DNA of 59,568 nt, filler included, from 7 parts of 7 records of this genome joined end to end with filler, not necessarily neighbours in it; one strand, 5' to 3'. Positions 1-10,725 are shown, counted from the whole stretch's first letter. The notes: generated from the sequence alone by a model not told the origin. Made by a program: numbers and translations.

Positions 1-1329
1 TTCATCAGGTGTTAGGTTAGGGTTTTCATAAATGCCATGTTGAAATTCATCAACTGCAACACCATATGGTAAAAATGATAGTGCACCTGCTAAATGATTA
101 AATTTATACTTAGGTGTATCTTCTACAAAGAATTGATCTACCCATGGCCATGCAAGAAATTCCATACTCATTGAATGAATCTCAGCGGCTTCCATCGTTG
201 GCCAACGATATTCTGGAATCCAATCTCTACTACTATATACTTGAAATGCATGTCCTGCTTCATGTGTTAAAACATCAACATCATGTGATGTCCCATTAAA
301 ATTGGCAAAAATAAACGGTGAATCATAATTAGGAATATAAGTACAATATCCGCCACCTTGTTTACCTGGCTTAGCTTCTAAATTCAATAAGTCATGATCA
401 ACCATAAAATCAATAAATTCCCCTGTTTCATTGCTCATTTCATGATACATTTTAATGGCACGTTCTACCATCCAATCCTTTTTACCTTTAGGCGTTGGGT
501 TACCTGATAAAAATGATAATGCTAAGTCATATGATTTAGGGTCTTTAATACCTAAACGTATTGCTTTTCTATCTGTAAGTTCTTTTACTACAGGAACGAT
601 TTCTTTATAAATCTGATCACGATATGCTTTAACATCTTTATAATCATAATCTGTTCTTCCAAGTCTATCATAACCTAATTGTACATAGTTATCATAACCT
701 AATTTAGATGCTATCTCTGCTCTTACTTTAACCATATCATCATAAATTTTATCAATTTCCGCTTCATGATCTTCAAAGAACTTAGAGACAACGAGTTGTG
801 CACGATGTCTAACATCTCTATCTTTTGATTGGACAAATGGTGCCATTTGACTTAAATTATAAGTGTCACCATCAAATTCTAATTTTGCAGAAGCAATCAA
901 TTTTGAATACTCAGTTGATAACTTATTCTCTTTTTGTAAATCTGGTATAATTTCTGGCTTGAATGTTTTGTTTTCTAACTCAGCACGTTTAAAAATAAGT
1001 GTCCCAAATTTTTCTTCAAGTGCATCTCTATTTTTAGATTTTAATAGTTTTTGATTGAACTCATTGGCAAGTTGACTAATCAATGGCCCATTTTCATCAA
1101 AAAATGCTTGTTCTTCTTCATAGAATTTATCCGTTGTATCAACACTGTTTCTAATTGAAACAAGTGTCATCTGCGAAGATATATCGTCAAAAGCATCAAA
1201 TAAATTTTGAATAGCACGCATTTCCTCATTGAGCAAAACATCTTGTCCAATAACATTTAAATCTTTTTCAAGTTTTGATTTAAATTGATCCAAATCTGGA
1301 CGTTTGTATTGATAATCATTAAATTTCAT
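1..1329 (-). CDS. M3 family oligoendopeptidase (PepF-like), 3' end outside window
   Basis: Not in the ORF track. Hand translation from ATG at 1329 gives MKFNDYQYKRPDL...; zinc-binding motif VLTHEAGHAFQ at about 240-273; GGAG RBS upstream. Confidence 0.9.
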   Translation of the reverse strand, partial: MKFNDYQYKRPDLDQFKSKLEKDLNVIGQDVLLNEEMRAIQNLFDAFDDISSQMTLVSIRNSVDTTDKFYEEEQAFFDENGPLISQLANEFNQKLLKSKNRDALEEKFGTLIFKRAELENKTFKPEIIPDLQKENKLSTEYSKLIASAKLEFDGDTYNLSQMAPFVQSKDRDVRHRAQLVVSKFFEDHEAEIDKIYDDMVKVRAEIASKLGYDNYVQLGYDRLGRTDYDYKDVKAYRDQIYKEIVPVVKELTDRKAIRLGIKDPKSYDLALSFLSGNPTPKGKKDWMVERAIKMYHEMSNETGEFIDFMVDHDLLNLEAKPGKQGGGYCTYIPNYDSPFIFANFNGTSHDVDVLTHEAGHAFQVYSSRDWIPEYRWPTMEAAEIHSMSMEFLAWPWVDQFFVEDTPKYKFNHLAGALSFLPYGVAVDEFQHGIYENPNLTPDE

Positions 1330-1422
1330 ATATATAGACTCCTTTTCATATAGCATGATTATAAATAGTATATCATAATTATGGGTATTTCTAAATGAAA
1401 TGCCACTACTAGGCCTTTATCG

Positions 1423-1431
1423 TGATATAAT
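1423..1431 (+). promoter_or_regulatory. extended -10 promoter element (TGaTATAAT) for the DUF975 gene
   Basis: Perfect TGnTATAAT about 30 nt upstream of the ATG; GGAGGG RBS at 1451-1456. Confidence 0.5.
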
Positions 1432-1460
1432 AGATATATATATAAATTTTGGAGGGTCAT

Positions 1461-2081
1461 ATGATTAGTAGTAGAGAAATAAAGAAATTAACATGGAATC
1501 AATTGAGAAAATCTTATTGGATGCTTTTTGTTGTCTTAATTATTATTGGTCTTGTTGAGGGAGCAACCGCAACTATCGGTATTGGATTTATTATTGCTGG
1601 TCCACTTGCTGTAGGTCTTGCATCTTATCAATTAAGTATCATCTTTGATAAAGGCAATGGTGATGGTAATGATTTTGAACGCATTCTAGATGGTTTTAAA
1701 AACAATTTTGTAACATCTTTAGTTGCATTTATTGTTTCAACTATATTCATCTTCTTATGGAGTTTATTACTTGTAATTCCTGGTATCATTAAAGCATATA
1801 GTTATAGTCAAATCTATTATATTATGCATGAAAATCCAGATATGTCACCGATGGATGCCATTGATGAAAGTAAAGAGATGATGCGTGGTCATAAAGCAGA
1901 ATTATTCTTCTTAGATCTTAGTTTCATTGGTTGGATATTACTTTCAATTTTAACTTTTGGTGTTGGTTTTTTATTCTTAGCACCTTATATGTCACTCGCT
2001 AGAGCAAACTTTTATGATCAATTACGACGTCGTCCTGTTCATAAAGAAACAGATGATGATTATACTTTAAATTTTGAATAA
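1461..2081 (+). CDS. DUF975 family integral membrane protein
   Basis: Motifs LWSLLLVIPGIIKAYSYS and SKEMMRGHKAELFFLDLSFIGW; ATG at 1461 follows the RBS. Confidence 0.9.
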   Translation: MISSREIKKLTWNQLRKSYWMLFVVLIIIGLVEGATATIGIGFIIAGPLAVGLASYQLSIIFDKGNGDGNDFERILDGFKNNFVTSLVAFIVSTIFIFLWSLLLVIPGIIKAYSYSQIYYIMHENPDMSPMDAIDESKEMMRGHKAELFFLDLSFIGWILLSILTFGVGFLFLAPYMSLARANFYDQLRRRPVHKETDDDYTLNFE

Positions 2082-2094
2082 ATACATCATATTC

Positions 2095-2131
2095 AAAAAA
2101 GGTCAGTTCAATATGAACTGACCTTTTTTTT
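2095..2131. terminator. bidirectional intrinsic terminator
   Basis: aaaaaaGGTCAGTTCA-ata-TGAACTGACCtttttttt between convergent genes. Confidence 0.85.
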
Positions 2132-3836
2132 ATATCATTTTATAGAGTTGACCTTGTGTATCAATGTTTAAAAGTGTTGTATCAACACCCCAAATTTTAT
2201 CAACAAATTCAGGATGATCAATAAAAGGATTTCGGTTACCTTGATAACTATAAATGATATCATTACGATTTCTTTCAAAGTCATCAACAGGATCTTCTTC
2301 ATGCCAACTTATAAGTGTTGATAGGTCTCCCATTTCATAATAACCTGCATCTTGTCCATCTTCTAATTCACCAAGTGTTAAAAAGTCATACATGATATCC
2401 ATATAGAAAAGTATTCTTGCAATATCACCTTTCACTTCGTCTCTTGGTTCATACATAAATGCATTATTTGAACTCAAAGGTTCACCAAACCATTTATTAC
2501 TTCTTGATGTATTTTCTGAAGGATCTGCCGGTTTTAAATTATGGAGGTCTGATGCAGAGTTTACAGTACCATTATCAGCACTTGAATCTAGTTTTGACTG
2601 TGGCCATACGTGTTCTCTATTCCACGTGGTACCACTGTCCCAAGTTCCACTGACTAAATCAGCTGTATATACTAAGATGATTTCACTTGAATCATTTGGA
2701 TTTTCATCAGTTTCATCTAGTATATATCTGGCCTGTCCATATGTCACACCACTAAAACCATCATGAATTAAATCATATAAGTATGTGATAAGTAGATCAC
2801 CATCTAAACCATCAGCTCCAACATAATATCCCGTATATGTATAGTTCTCATCAGAGACCCAATGTGCATATAAAGTGATATCATATGCTGGCATTGTATC
2901 AAAATCAAATTTCGTCACATATTCTCTATCGATATACCATCCTTCAAAGCTATAAGCTTCTCTTGTTGGTTCACTTGGTGCTTCAATTAAAGTACCAAAT
3001 GTTGCTGTCATATCATCAACATTTGAACCCCCATTTGCAATAAATGTTATCGTATATGTCTCAATTTCCCATTTTGCATACAGTGTGTACGTATCTGAAA
3101 AATCACTTAGATCAATTGTTTCAACTTCATCTTCAAACAATGCATCCACATACCATCCATCAAATCGATAGCCTTCTTTTGTTGGATTTTTTAAACTGAT
3201 ATCTTCATCTTCAATTGTGATTGACTCAGGATTATCCACATGATTTTGTCCACCATCTAAAGCATAAATGATGTCATATGAAATTAAAGACCATTGCGCT
3301 TTCAATGTTATTGGATCTTCTGGCATCGCATCAAATATAAATAATACGTCATCTATATACCATCCATCAAATGTATATCCTTCTTTAACAGGATCTGTTG
3401 GTTTTACTATTAGACTACCTTCAGTTGCAGTCAGATCATCAACACTTGAACCACCTTGACTATCAAATGAGATTGTTAATATTTGTCCAAGAACCTCTAA
3501 ATCGATTGCTTTTGTGATGCTAAAAGGACCATATGAGATATCATAGGTTAATGTAACCACGACACTATCTTCTTGTCTTGTGACATTACCATCATTTGAT
3601 ATTACATCTTCATGACTACTTTCCCATGAGATAATCGTACGATCATCTAAGGAAGAAGTCTCTGGAAGTCCAATATCTTGAGTAACTCGATATTGAGAAT
3701 CACCTTCTTGATAGGTAATTTCAATACTTTCTATAATATCATTTAAAGTATAGTCATAAACTTCATTAGTTTCCTTGCAAGCTACAAGCATTAAAAGAAG
3801 TGCAAGACTAAATAAATATATACTAAAACGTTTCAT
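2130..3836 (-). CDS. Lipoprotein extracellular nuclease: Ig-like domain, 3 InlB B-repeats, C-terminal endonuclease I (His-Me finger)
   Basis: Lipobox LLMLVAC after ATG 3836 (AGGAG RBS); three P.KEGY.F.GWY...TL.A.W repeats; WNREHVWPQS, DLHNL and QGNRNPFIDHPE nuclease motifs. Confidence 0.88.
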   Translation of the reverse strand: MKRFSIYLFSLALLLMLVACKETNEVYDYTLNDIIESIEITYQEGDSQYRVTQDIGLPETSSLDDRTIISWESSHEDVISNDGNVTRQEDSVVVTLTYDISYGPFSITKAIDLEVLGQILTISFDSQGGSSVDDLTATEGSLIVKPTDPVKEGYTFDGWYIDDVLFIFDAMPEDPITLKAQWSLISYDIIYALDGGQNHVDNPESITIEDEDISLKNPTKEGYRFDGWYVDALFEDEVETIDLSDFSDTYTLYAKWEIETYTITFIANGGSNVDDMTATFGTLIEAPSEPTREAYSFEGWYIDREYVTKFDFDTMPAYDITLYAHWVSDENYTYTGYYVGADGLDGDLLITYLYDLIHDGFSGVTYGQARYILDETDENPNDSSEIILVYTADLVSGTWDSGTTWNREHVWPQSKLDSSADNGTVNSASDLHNLKPADPSENTSRSNKWFGEPLSSNNAFMYEPRDEVKGDIARILFYMDIMYDFLTLGELEDGQDAGYYEMGDLSTLISWHEEDPVDDFERNRNDIIYSYQGNRNPFIDHPEFVDKIWGVDTTLLNIDTQGQLYKMI

Positions 3837-3856
3837 TATTTCTCCTACTCTCAAAT

Positions 3857-3880
3857 AAAAAAACAAGCTATAAGCTTGTT
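3857..3880 (-). terminator. intrinsic terminator after rplQ
   Basis: AACAAGCT-ata-AGCTTGTT stem followed by a U-tract on the minus strand. Confidence 0.7.
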
Positions 3881-3887
3881 CATTTAT

Positions 3888-4244
3888 TTATACAAATTCA
3901 ATAATTGCCATTGGCGCAGCGTCGCCGCGTCTTGGTACTGTTTTAATAATTCTTGTATATCCGCCAGTACGATCTGCATATCTTGGACCGATTTCATCGA
4001 ATAATTTTTGAATAGCATTTTGACCTTCTTTAACTTCTTCAAAACGTACTGTTTGAGCAGCTTGTCTACGCGCAGCTAGAGAACCGTCTTTTGCTAAAGT
4101 TACCATTTTATCAGCTAATTTTTTTAATTCTTTTGCTTTAGCTTCTGTCGTAACTATTCTGTCATTAATGATGATATCTGTGACTAAGTCGCGTAATAAT
4201 GCTTTTCTTTGATCGCTTCTGCGTCCTAATTTACGATAACCCAT
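3888..4244 (-). CDS. rplQ: 50S ribosomal protein L17
   Basis: [19 protein letters not shown]...GGYTRIIK...[12 protein letters not shown]. Confidence 0.98.
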   Translation of the reverse strand: MGYRKLGRRSDQRKALLRDLVTDIIINDRIVTTEAKAKELKKLADKMVTLAKDGSLAARRQAAQTVRFEEVKEGQNAIQKLFDEIGPRYADRTGGYTRIIKTVPRRGDAAPMAIIEFV

Positions 4245-4249
4245 GGTAT

Positions 4250-5239
4250 TTACTCCTTACTTTCATCTTCTAAAGAAAAACTGTTTTCTTTATTCGAAGT
4301 ATTTTCAAATTCAAGACCATGTTCAAGAAGTTTTTCTTTTAATTCTTTAAAAGATTTTCTTCCTAAACTACGAAGTCTCATCACGTCTTCTTCAGTCATT
4401 TTAATAATTTGAGCAACTGTATAGATACCTGAACGTTTTAAACTGTTAAATAGTCTAACTGATAGGTCAAGTTGTTCAATTTTCATTTCTAATTTCTTAT
4501 TGACTGGTTCTTCTTCTTGTTCATAAATGAAGTCAGCATCTTGTGCTTGTTCACTAATTTCACTAACAACTTGGAAATAGTCAATAAGCATTTTTGATGC
4601 AAGACCTAAAGCATCTTTTGCTTCGATTGCACCATTTGTTTCAATTTCTAATGATAGTTCATCTTCATCGCCACGTGTCTTTTCAACATGATATGAAACA
4701 CGTTCGACTGGTGTATAAATTGAATCAATTGGGATAACACTTTTTTCATTTCTACTGTAAACCTTATTTTTAACAGCACTTACATAGCCGACACCACGTC
4801 TAATGGTTGCGACCATTGATAGAGAACCATTTTCAGAAAGTCTAGCGATTTCTTGATCTGGATTTACAACTTCAATGCCATCTACATTGTTAAAATCAGC
4901 TGCAGTTACACTACCTGCGCCTACTGCATATAATTCAATTTCTTGTTCAAAATCAGGATCTTCTGAATCTACTCTAAAAATAACTTTCTTTAAATTTAAA
5001 ACAATACCCATAACGTCTTCATAAACGCCTTCGATTGTTGAAAATTCATGTTCAACGCCATCAATTTTTATATTGACAATCGCTGCTCCTGGAAGTGATG
5101 ATAATAAAACGCGTCTTAAGGCATTCCCTAATGTGATACCATAACCACGTTCCAATGGTTTAATGACAAACTTACCTTTTGTGCCATCAACTGAAACTTC
5201 TTCAACTGCTGTTGGTTTTTCAAATTTTAAGTCTTTCAT
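4250..5239 (-). CDS. rpoA: RNA polymerase alpha subunit
   Basis: [25 protein letters not shown]-terminal [13 protein letters not shown] domain. Confidence 0.98.
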   Translation of the reverse strand: MKDLKFEKPTAVEEVSVDGTKGKFVIKPLERGYGITLGNALRRVLLSSLPGAAIVNIKIDGVEHEFSTIEGVYEDVMGIVLNLKKVIFRVDSEDPDFEQEIELYAVGAGSVTAADFNNVDGIEVVNPDQEIARLSENGSLSMVATIRRGVGYVSAVKNKVYSRNEKSVIPIDSIYTPVERVSYHVEKTRGDEDELSLEIETNGAIEAKDALGLASKMLIDYFQVVSEISEQAQDADFIYEQEEEPVNKKLEMKIEQLDLSVRLFNSLKRSGIYTVAQIIKMTEEDVMRLRSLGRKSFKELKEKLLEHGLEFENTSNKENSFSLEDESKE

Positions 5240-5258
5240 TCGTTATCCCTCCTTATAA

Positions 5259-5645
5259 TTATCCACGTGGACGTTTTGGTGGTCTACATCCATTGTGTGG
5301 TACAGGTGTTACATCTTTAATTGCTGTAATTTCTAACCCAGCAGATTGTAATGAACGAATCGCTGCTTCACGTCCAGGACCTGGACCTTTAACGTATACT
5401 TCAACTTTGATCATACCTTGATCCATTGCACCTTTAGCAGCTGCTTCCGCAGAATTTTGTGCAGCATATGGTGTAGATTTTCTACTACCTTTAAATCCAA
5501 GAGCTCCAGCACTGCTCCAAGCTACAGCATTACCATCAACGTCTGTAATTGTTACAATTGTATTATTAAATGTTGTGTGAATGTGTGCAACACCAAGGGG
5601 AATATTCTTTTTAACTCTACGTTTCGTAGTTTTTTTACGTGCCAT
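5259..5645 (-). CDS. rpsK: 30S ribosomal protein S11
   Basis: [14 protein letters not shown]...[14 protein letters not shown]. Confidence 0.98.
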   Translation of the reverse strand: MARKKTTKRRVKKNIPLGVAHIHTTFNNTIVTITDVDGNAVAWSSAGALGFKGSRKSTPYAAQNSAEAAAKGAMDQGMIKVEVYVKGPGPGREAAIRSLQSAGLEITAIKDVTPVPHNGCRPPKRPRG

Positions 5646-5658
5646 TTTCTATTCCTCC

Positions 5659-6024
5659 TTATTTCTTTTTACCGGCAATAGCCTTTGGTTTACCTTTTCT
5701 TGTACGTGAATTGTTTCTTGTGTTTTGTCCACGTGTAGGTAATCCTCTACGATGTCTCATACCACGGTATGAGCCGATTTCCATTAATCGTTTAATGTTC
5801 ATGGTAACTTCTCTTCTTAAGTCACCTTCAACTGTAAAATTTGATACTTCAGTACGTACTCTTGCTAATTCGTCTTCTGTTAACTGATTAACACGTGTAT
5901 CTTCTGATACATTAGCAGCTTCTAAGATTTTCTTAGAAGTTGATAAGCCGATACCGTAAATGTATGTTAACGAAACCACGACACGTTTGTTACGTGGAAT
6001 GTCAATACCTGAAATTCTAGCCAT
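5659..6024 (-). CDS. rpsM: 30S ribosomal protein S13
   Basis: [26 protein letters not shown]...[11 protein letters not shown]. Confidence 0.98.
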   Translation of the reverse strand: MARISGIDIPRNKRVVVSLTYIYGIGLSTSKKILEAANVSEDTRVNQLTEDELARVRTEVSNFTVEGDLRREVTMNIKRLMEIGSYRGMRHRRGLPTRGQNTRNNSRTRKGKPKAIAGKKK

Positions 6025-6035
6025 AGTTCCTCCTA

Positions 6036-6152
6036 TTAACCTTGTCTTTGGTTATGTCTTCTATTTTTTTTATTTATAACGTAAACTCTACCTTTACGTC
6101 TTACGATGATATCATCATCGCTTCTTTTTTTAACGGATGCTTTAACTTTCAT
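6036..6152 (-). CDS. rpmJ: 50S ribosomal protein L36 (38 aa, cysteine-free form)
   Basis: Below the ORF-track cutoff. Hand translation [47 protein letters not shown]; canonical position between infA and rpsM. Confidence 0.95.
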   Translation of the reverse strand: MKVKASVKKRSDDDIIVRRKGRVYVINKKNRRHNQRQG

Positions 6153-6163
6153 AATAATCCTCC

Positions 6164-6385
6164 TTATTTACGACGATACGTAATACGGCCGCGTGTTAGA
6201 TCATATGGTGATAACTCTACTGTTACTTTATCACCAGGTAAAATGCGTATGTTATGCATGCGGATTTTACCGGATACATGGGCTAATACGATATGTCCAT
6301 TCTGTATAAGTTCTACTTTAAATTTCGTGTTTGGTAATACTTCAATTACACGAGCTTCTACTTCAATTAAATCTTGTCTTGCCAT
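6164..6385 (-). CDS. infA: translation initiation factor IF-1
   Basis: [39 protein letters not shown]. Confidence 0.98.
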   Translation of the reverse strand: MARQDLIEVEARVIEVLPNTKFKVELIQNGHIVLAHVSGKIRMHNIRILPGDKVTVELSPYDLTRGRITYRRK

Positions 6386-6401
6386 ATGTTCACTCCTTTT
6401 T

Positions 6402-6501
6402 NNNNNNNNNNNNNNNNNNNNNNNNNNNNNNNNNNNNNNNNNNNNTTAATTAATTAANNNNNNNNNNNNNNNNNNNNNNNNNNNNNNNNNNNNNNNNNNN
6501 N
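6402..6501. other. artificial contig spacer
   Basis: 44 N + TTAATTAATTAA (stops in all six frames) + 44 N. Confidence 0.98.
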
Positions 6502-7656
6502 TTTACCATGATCAACATGTCCCATAATAGTTACAACCGGAGCACGTGACACTAATTCTTCAGTATCATCTTCAAGAACTTCCAGTTCATCAAGGATGTC
6601 ACTGCCAAATTCGGATAAAGACTCGACCTCATAACCATATTCAGAAGAAAGCAACGTGATGGAATCCATATCCAGACGTTGATTAATAGAAACCATCATA
6701 CCCAGTTCCATACATTTCATAATCAAATCAGATGGTTCTACATTCATCAGATTGGCAAGTTCTGCAATGGACATAAATTCACTAACGCGAATGACTGGAA
6801 TTTCTTCAATTTCCACTTCATCTTCAGCCGTAACACGTTTTTTCTTGCGACGGCTTTTTCCGGCATCATCAATGGATGCCATTGTTTGGCGGATATTTTC
6901 TTTTATCTCTTCTTCATTAAAAGTAGGTCTTTTTTTCTTTTTCCCTTTTTTCTTTTTTCGCCCTAATACCTCTTCTTTTCCATCTTTTGTCTCTTTATCA
7001 GGCGTTTTTTTCTTATGTTTTTTCCGTTTTTCAACTTTTTTATCTTTCTCACCCGGTTTTTCTGCGGCAGAAACTTTAGCCTTTTCAGGTGTTACCGGTT
7101 TTTCTTCCACCGGCTCCTTTACTTTGGGTTTGTGCCTGACCGGTTCCACAACCTCTTCTTTTGGCTTTTTGATTGGAACTTCGGGTGGAATCTCTACAAC
7201 TCTAAGAACTTTTTTCTTATGCTTGGGCTTTTCTTTAACAATTTCTTCTTCATGTATCGGTTCTTCAACAACTTTAGAAATCTGTTCTTCAACAGGTTCT
7301 TCCTCAGGAACAGTATGAGTCGTTTTTTCAATTTCTCGCTGCTGTTTAATTTTTGGCATTTCTTTGGCTAGGTCATTGGCCGCTTGCAGTCTTCGCTCCA
7401 GCTCCTGTTTTGCCACTTCCATCTTGGCATCATCTTGAGCCTTCCTATCACGAAGTTTCTTCCGAAATTCATAATCACCATCGGCATCTAACGACACAGC
7501 ACCGAATTTCTCAAGGGCGTGATTATACATTTCCTCAGATACTGGACTCATATGATTGCGGATATCATAATTTAGTTTTGCCAGGAATGCGACAAGAGCT
7601 TCATTGGAAATATTAAACTCTCTTGCTACCTGAAAAACTCTTTTCTTAAAAGCCAA
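6502..7656 (-). CDS. infB: translation initiation factor IF-2, truncated at contig end
   Basis: N-terminal KRVFQVAREFNIS domain, K/E-rich linker, RAPVVTIMGHVDHGK P-loop at the break. Confidence 0.96.
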
Positions 7657-7723
7657 ATTATTGCTCCTAGTTTCTATACTGCAACGATTAAATAAAATTC
7701 ATTTTATTACGGTTTTGTTCCAC

Positions 7724-8962
7724 TCATCTTTGAGACTCGAGAACATCTTTAATTTTTTCGGCTGTTTTTTCACCTATACCAGGAAGTGCTACAATTTCTT
7801 TCATATCCGCGTCTACAACATCTCGGATGGTTTCAAACCCTCCCTTGATCAATTTATTGATGAGATGGTCAGATAATTCATCCACTTCGGTCAGCGGTAA
7901 ATCCAGACCACTCTCTTCTTCGACCAACTTTTTATATTCATCTTCACGAATCGTCTGAATATCATAACCTGTTAAACGGGAAGCCAATCTTCTATTTTGC
8001 CCACCCTTGCCAATAGCCAAAGAAATCTGATCCTCATCCAGAACGGCAATAACCTTCTTTTCTTCATCATCTATGGCAATACGTTTGGGTTTCGCTGGGC
8101 TGAGAGCGCGTGTTACAAAAATTTCAGGTTCTGTACTCCAATTGATAATATCAATTTTTTCGTTATTAAGCTCTTTTACGATTGCCTGAATTCTCATTCC
8201 TTTCATACCAACACAAGCCCCAACAGCATCGATTCGACTGTCATTGGAATAGACAGCGATCTTTGTTCTTTCTCCCGGTTCCCTTGCAATCGTTTTAATA
8301 TCAATAATACCTTCATTAATTTCCGGTACTTCTAATTCAAATAATCGGGCAAGAAAAGTAGAATCCGCTCTGGAAACAATAATTTCCGGTCCTCTGGAAG
8401 ACCACTTGACATCTTTGATAACCCCACGCAATGTTTCACCCCGGTGATATCTCTCAGTGGGAATTTGCTCAGGTTTTGGCAGCAAAACTTCAATTCTATC
8501 GGAATTCAAATAAATCCCATCACGATTCATCTGACGGACATCGCCACTTATAATCTCACCAATTCTATTTTTGTATTCTTCATAAACCAACTCTTTTTCA
8601 ACTTCTTTAATACGTTGATTTAAATTTTGCTTGGCAGAAATGATTAGCCTGCGACCGAATGTGGCTGGATCAATAATTTCCAGGAACTCATCACCTAACT
8701 CCAAATCCGGTTCCGTCTTTATGGCATTTTCCAGTTCTATCTCAGTAACCGGGTCTAATACTTCTTCAACAATGGTTTTACTTTGATAGATTTCTATTTC
8801 GCCCTTGTCCATATTTACGTAGCAATCAAAATTGTCAGACGTTCCGTATTTCTTTTTTATCATGGCCAGAAATATTTCTTCCAGGATTCTCGAAAGAACC
8901 TCTTTGTCGATACTCTTCTCTTTTACAAGAAGAGAAAAGGCTTCGACAATATCACTTTTCAT
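7724..8962 (-). CDS. nusA: transcription termination/antitermination factor NusA
   Basis: AREPGERTKIAV, DAVGACVGMKGMRIQAIVKEL, LAIGKGGQN; S1 and KH domains plus C-terminal HhH. Confidence 0.97.
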   Translation of the reverse strand: MKSDIVEAFSLLVKEKSIDKEVLSRILEEIFLAMIKKKYGTSDNFDCYVNMDKGEIEIYQSKTIVEEVLDPVTEIELENAIKTEPDLELGDEFLEIIDPATFGRRLIISAKQNLNQRIKEVEKELVYEEYKNRIGEIISGDVRQMNRDGIYLNSDRIEVLLPKPEQIPTERYHRGETLRGVIKDVKWSSRGPEIIVSRADSTFLARLFELEVPEINEGIIDIKTIAREPGERTKIAVYSNDSRIDAVGACVGMKGMRIQAIVKELNNEKIDIINWSTEPEIFVTRALSPAKPKRIAIDDEEKKVIAVLDEDQISLAIGKGGQNRRLASRLTGYDIQTIREDEYKKLVEEESGLDLPLTEVDELSDHLINKLIKGGFETIRDVVDADMKEIVALPGIGEKTAEKIKDVLESQR

Positions 8963-9072
8963 ATTCTATTCCTATGCCCAGGTTAAATGTTTTATGAATT
9001 TATTATTTATATATCGATTTATTCATTGATAAAGCTCATATTTTTCACAAGACAAGATCTTTATCTTTTTAT

Positions 9073-9537
9073 TTATTTGAATTCAACCATAATTTTGGCA
9101 AAATCCACATCTGTTATATTAATATCGAGTAACTGATCCTCATCAACTTTAAGAAAAACCAGATCGTTTTCCACTTTTTGAATACGCCCGATGACCTCTT
9201 TATGCTGTTCACCGACAAGATAAGATATTTTTACTTTTCGACTAACATTTCGGGTGAAATCTTCTTTTGTTTTTAGAGGTCTGTCCACACCAGGTGATGA
9301 AACTTCCAACAAATACCTGGATGAAATGATGTCTTTACGATCCAGTACATCCGCGATGGCTCTGCTTGCCTGAGTACACCTGTCAATCGAAATACTACCC
9401 GGTTCATCGACAAAGATGCGTAAAATCGACTTTTCTGCTCTAAAAACAAGCTGGAAATCAACCAGGTCTATACCAAGTTCATCAAGCACGGAACGTACAA
9501 TTTCTTTAATTTGTTCTTTTTCCACTTTTTTTCCCAA
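9073..9537 (-). CDS. rimP: ribosome maturation factor RimP (likely start TTG 9537 or GTG 9525)
   Basis: LRIFVDEPG.ISIDRC, YLLEVSSPGVDRPL; sits directly upstream of nusA. Confidence 0.95.
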   Translation of the reverse strand: MGKKVEKEQIKEIVRSVLDELGIDLVDFQLVFRAEKSILRIFVDEPGSISIDRCTQASRAIADVLDRKDIISSRYLLEVSSPGVDRPLKTKEDFTRNVSRKVKISYLVGEQHKEVIGRIQKVENDLVFLKVDEDQLLDINITDVDFAKIMVEFK

Positions 9538-9546
9538 TATAACAAC

Positions 9547-9573
9547 AAAAAAGTGGGCCTTGTGGGCCCACTC
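9547..9573 (-). promoter_or_regulatory. rimP leader hairpin / attenuator
   Basis: Minus strand GAGTGGGCC-CACAA-GGCCCACTTTTTT: a GC stem plus U-tract between the promoter and rimP, resembling the conserved rimP-nusA leader. Confidence 0.75.
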
Positions 9574-9580
9574 GATATTT

Positions 9581-9609
9581 AATATAATTAAAAAATCTAA
9601 AAAATGCAA
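9581..9609 (-). promoter_or_regulatory. sigma70-type promoter for rimP-nusA-infB
   Basis: TTGCAT (9609-9604), 17 nt spacer, TATATT (9586-9581), directly before the leader hairpin. Confidence 0.55.
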
Positions 9610-9678
9610 GTATTTTCAATACTTACGCAAAAACAGATTAAAAATTCGCATTTTTTGTTTTTCTAATCTTCAAGAACT

Positions 9679-10347
9679 TTATAATGCTGCCATTAACATG
9701 ATAGCTTCATCTTTTTCACGAGTATCTGGATAAGTGCTTATAACACGTTGATAATTAGATTTTGCCATATCTTTGTTACCGGCCAGTTCAAAACACCGAG
9801 CAGCTCTTATCAGATAATTGGGGGCCATAATAGAATCTGAATATTTATTGACAGTTTTCACATACTGTTTGGCAGCTTCATCATATTGAGCCTTTTGTTC
9901 GAGACAGGAAGCAACACCTCCCATACCAAAAGTCAGAAGATGATCACTTTTGCTATATTTGGATATAAACTTTTTATACTGTTTTAAGGCGTTATCGTAA
10001 TCTTGAGAATAATAAAAAGAATTAGCTAAATAAAGCAATGCAATTTTACCACTCTGAGAACTACCATAATTTTCTACAATGGTACTTAAAGCAGTCAAAG
10101 CTCCTTTATAATCCTGACTCTGATAAGTACGAATGGCTCTGGCCAATTCCACAGAAGCAGCCGCTTCAGACTTTTTCAAAGAATTTGAATAAAAAAGTAA
10201 AGCACCAACTAAAACAACCACACCGATAATCCCGCCAAAAAGATATTTTGAATTATTTTCAATCCAGGTACTCGCGTTCATATAAAATGTGACAAGTTTA
10301 TCTTCTTTAAGCTGTTTTTTTGTCAATCGTTTTCTTGGTTTAAGCAT
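9679..10347 (-). CDS. membrane-anchored tetratricopeptide repeat protein (YfgM-like)
   Basis: Basic N-terminus, one TM helix, repeated A..Y....YP.S TPR patterns. Confidence 0.8.
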   Translation of the reverse strand: MLKPRKRLTKKQLKEDKLVTFYMNASTWIENNSKYLFGGIIGVVVLVGALLFYSNSLKKSEAAASVELARAIRTYQSQDYKGALTALSTIVENYGSSQSGKIALLYLANSFYYSQDYDNALKQYKKFISKYSKSDHLLTFGMGGVASCLEQKAQYDEAAKQYVKTVNKYSDSIMAPNYLIRAARCFELAGNKDMAKSNYQRVISTYPDTREKDEAIMLMAAL

Positions 10348-10725
10348 GTTAACCTTTCCAAATCATCTAAAGCATTTTTGTGGAATATCTTCGAAAGCCT
10401 TAAAACATATGAAATACTATATAAAAAATCAAGTTTAAAAACTATTTATTAAATAATATTGTGATTTTTTGATATAAGATCAGGATTTTACATGATAATT
10501 TCCAGGAAAGAAATTAAAAATAAAGTAGCAGAAGAAAAGGTAGGACTTTTTCTATTAATATATAAGGTCGTATCTCTTTCAAGTATCATTCTAAAATGCA
10601 AGTAATGAAAAGTCAGATTTAGTAGATACCGTTTTTACAATAATTCCCATAATGCTTTCTATAAAGTGATCCGAATTCCTTGAAATAATGATATCACAAT
10701 CATTTAGTTCGGATTAAATACCCCT

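Noticed and set aside
4250-5259. Absence of rpsD between rpsK and rpoA, and absence of ylxR/ylxQ between nusA and infB on contig 2
   Set aside because: Both are normal lineage-level arrangements.
1-6401. Mycoplasma genetic code (TGA=Trp) in the mollicute-like contig
   Set aside because: All genes read fully in code 11 with TGG tryptophans.
6679-7616. Long plus-strand ORFs antisense to infB, and similar antisense ORFs over hyd, gltD, fba and the MCP
   Set aside because: They are F/S/L-rich shadows of strongly supported opposite-strand genes with no recognisable motifs.
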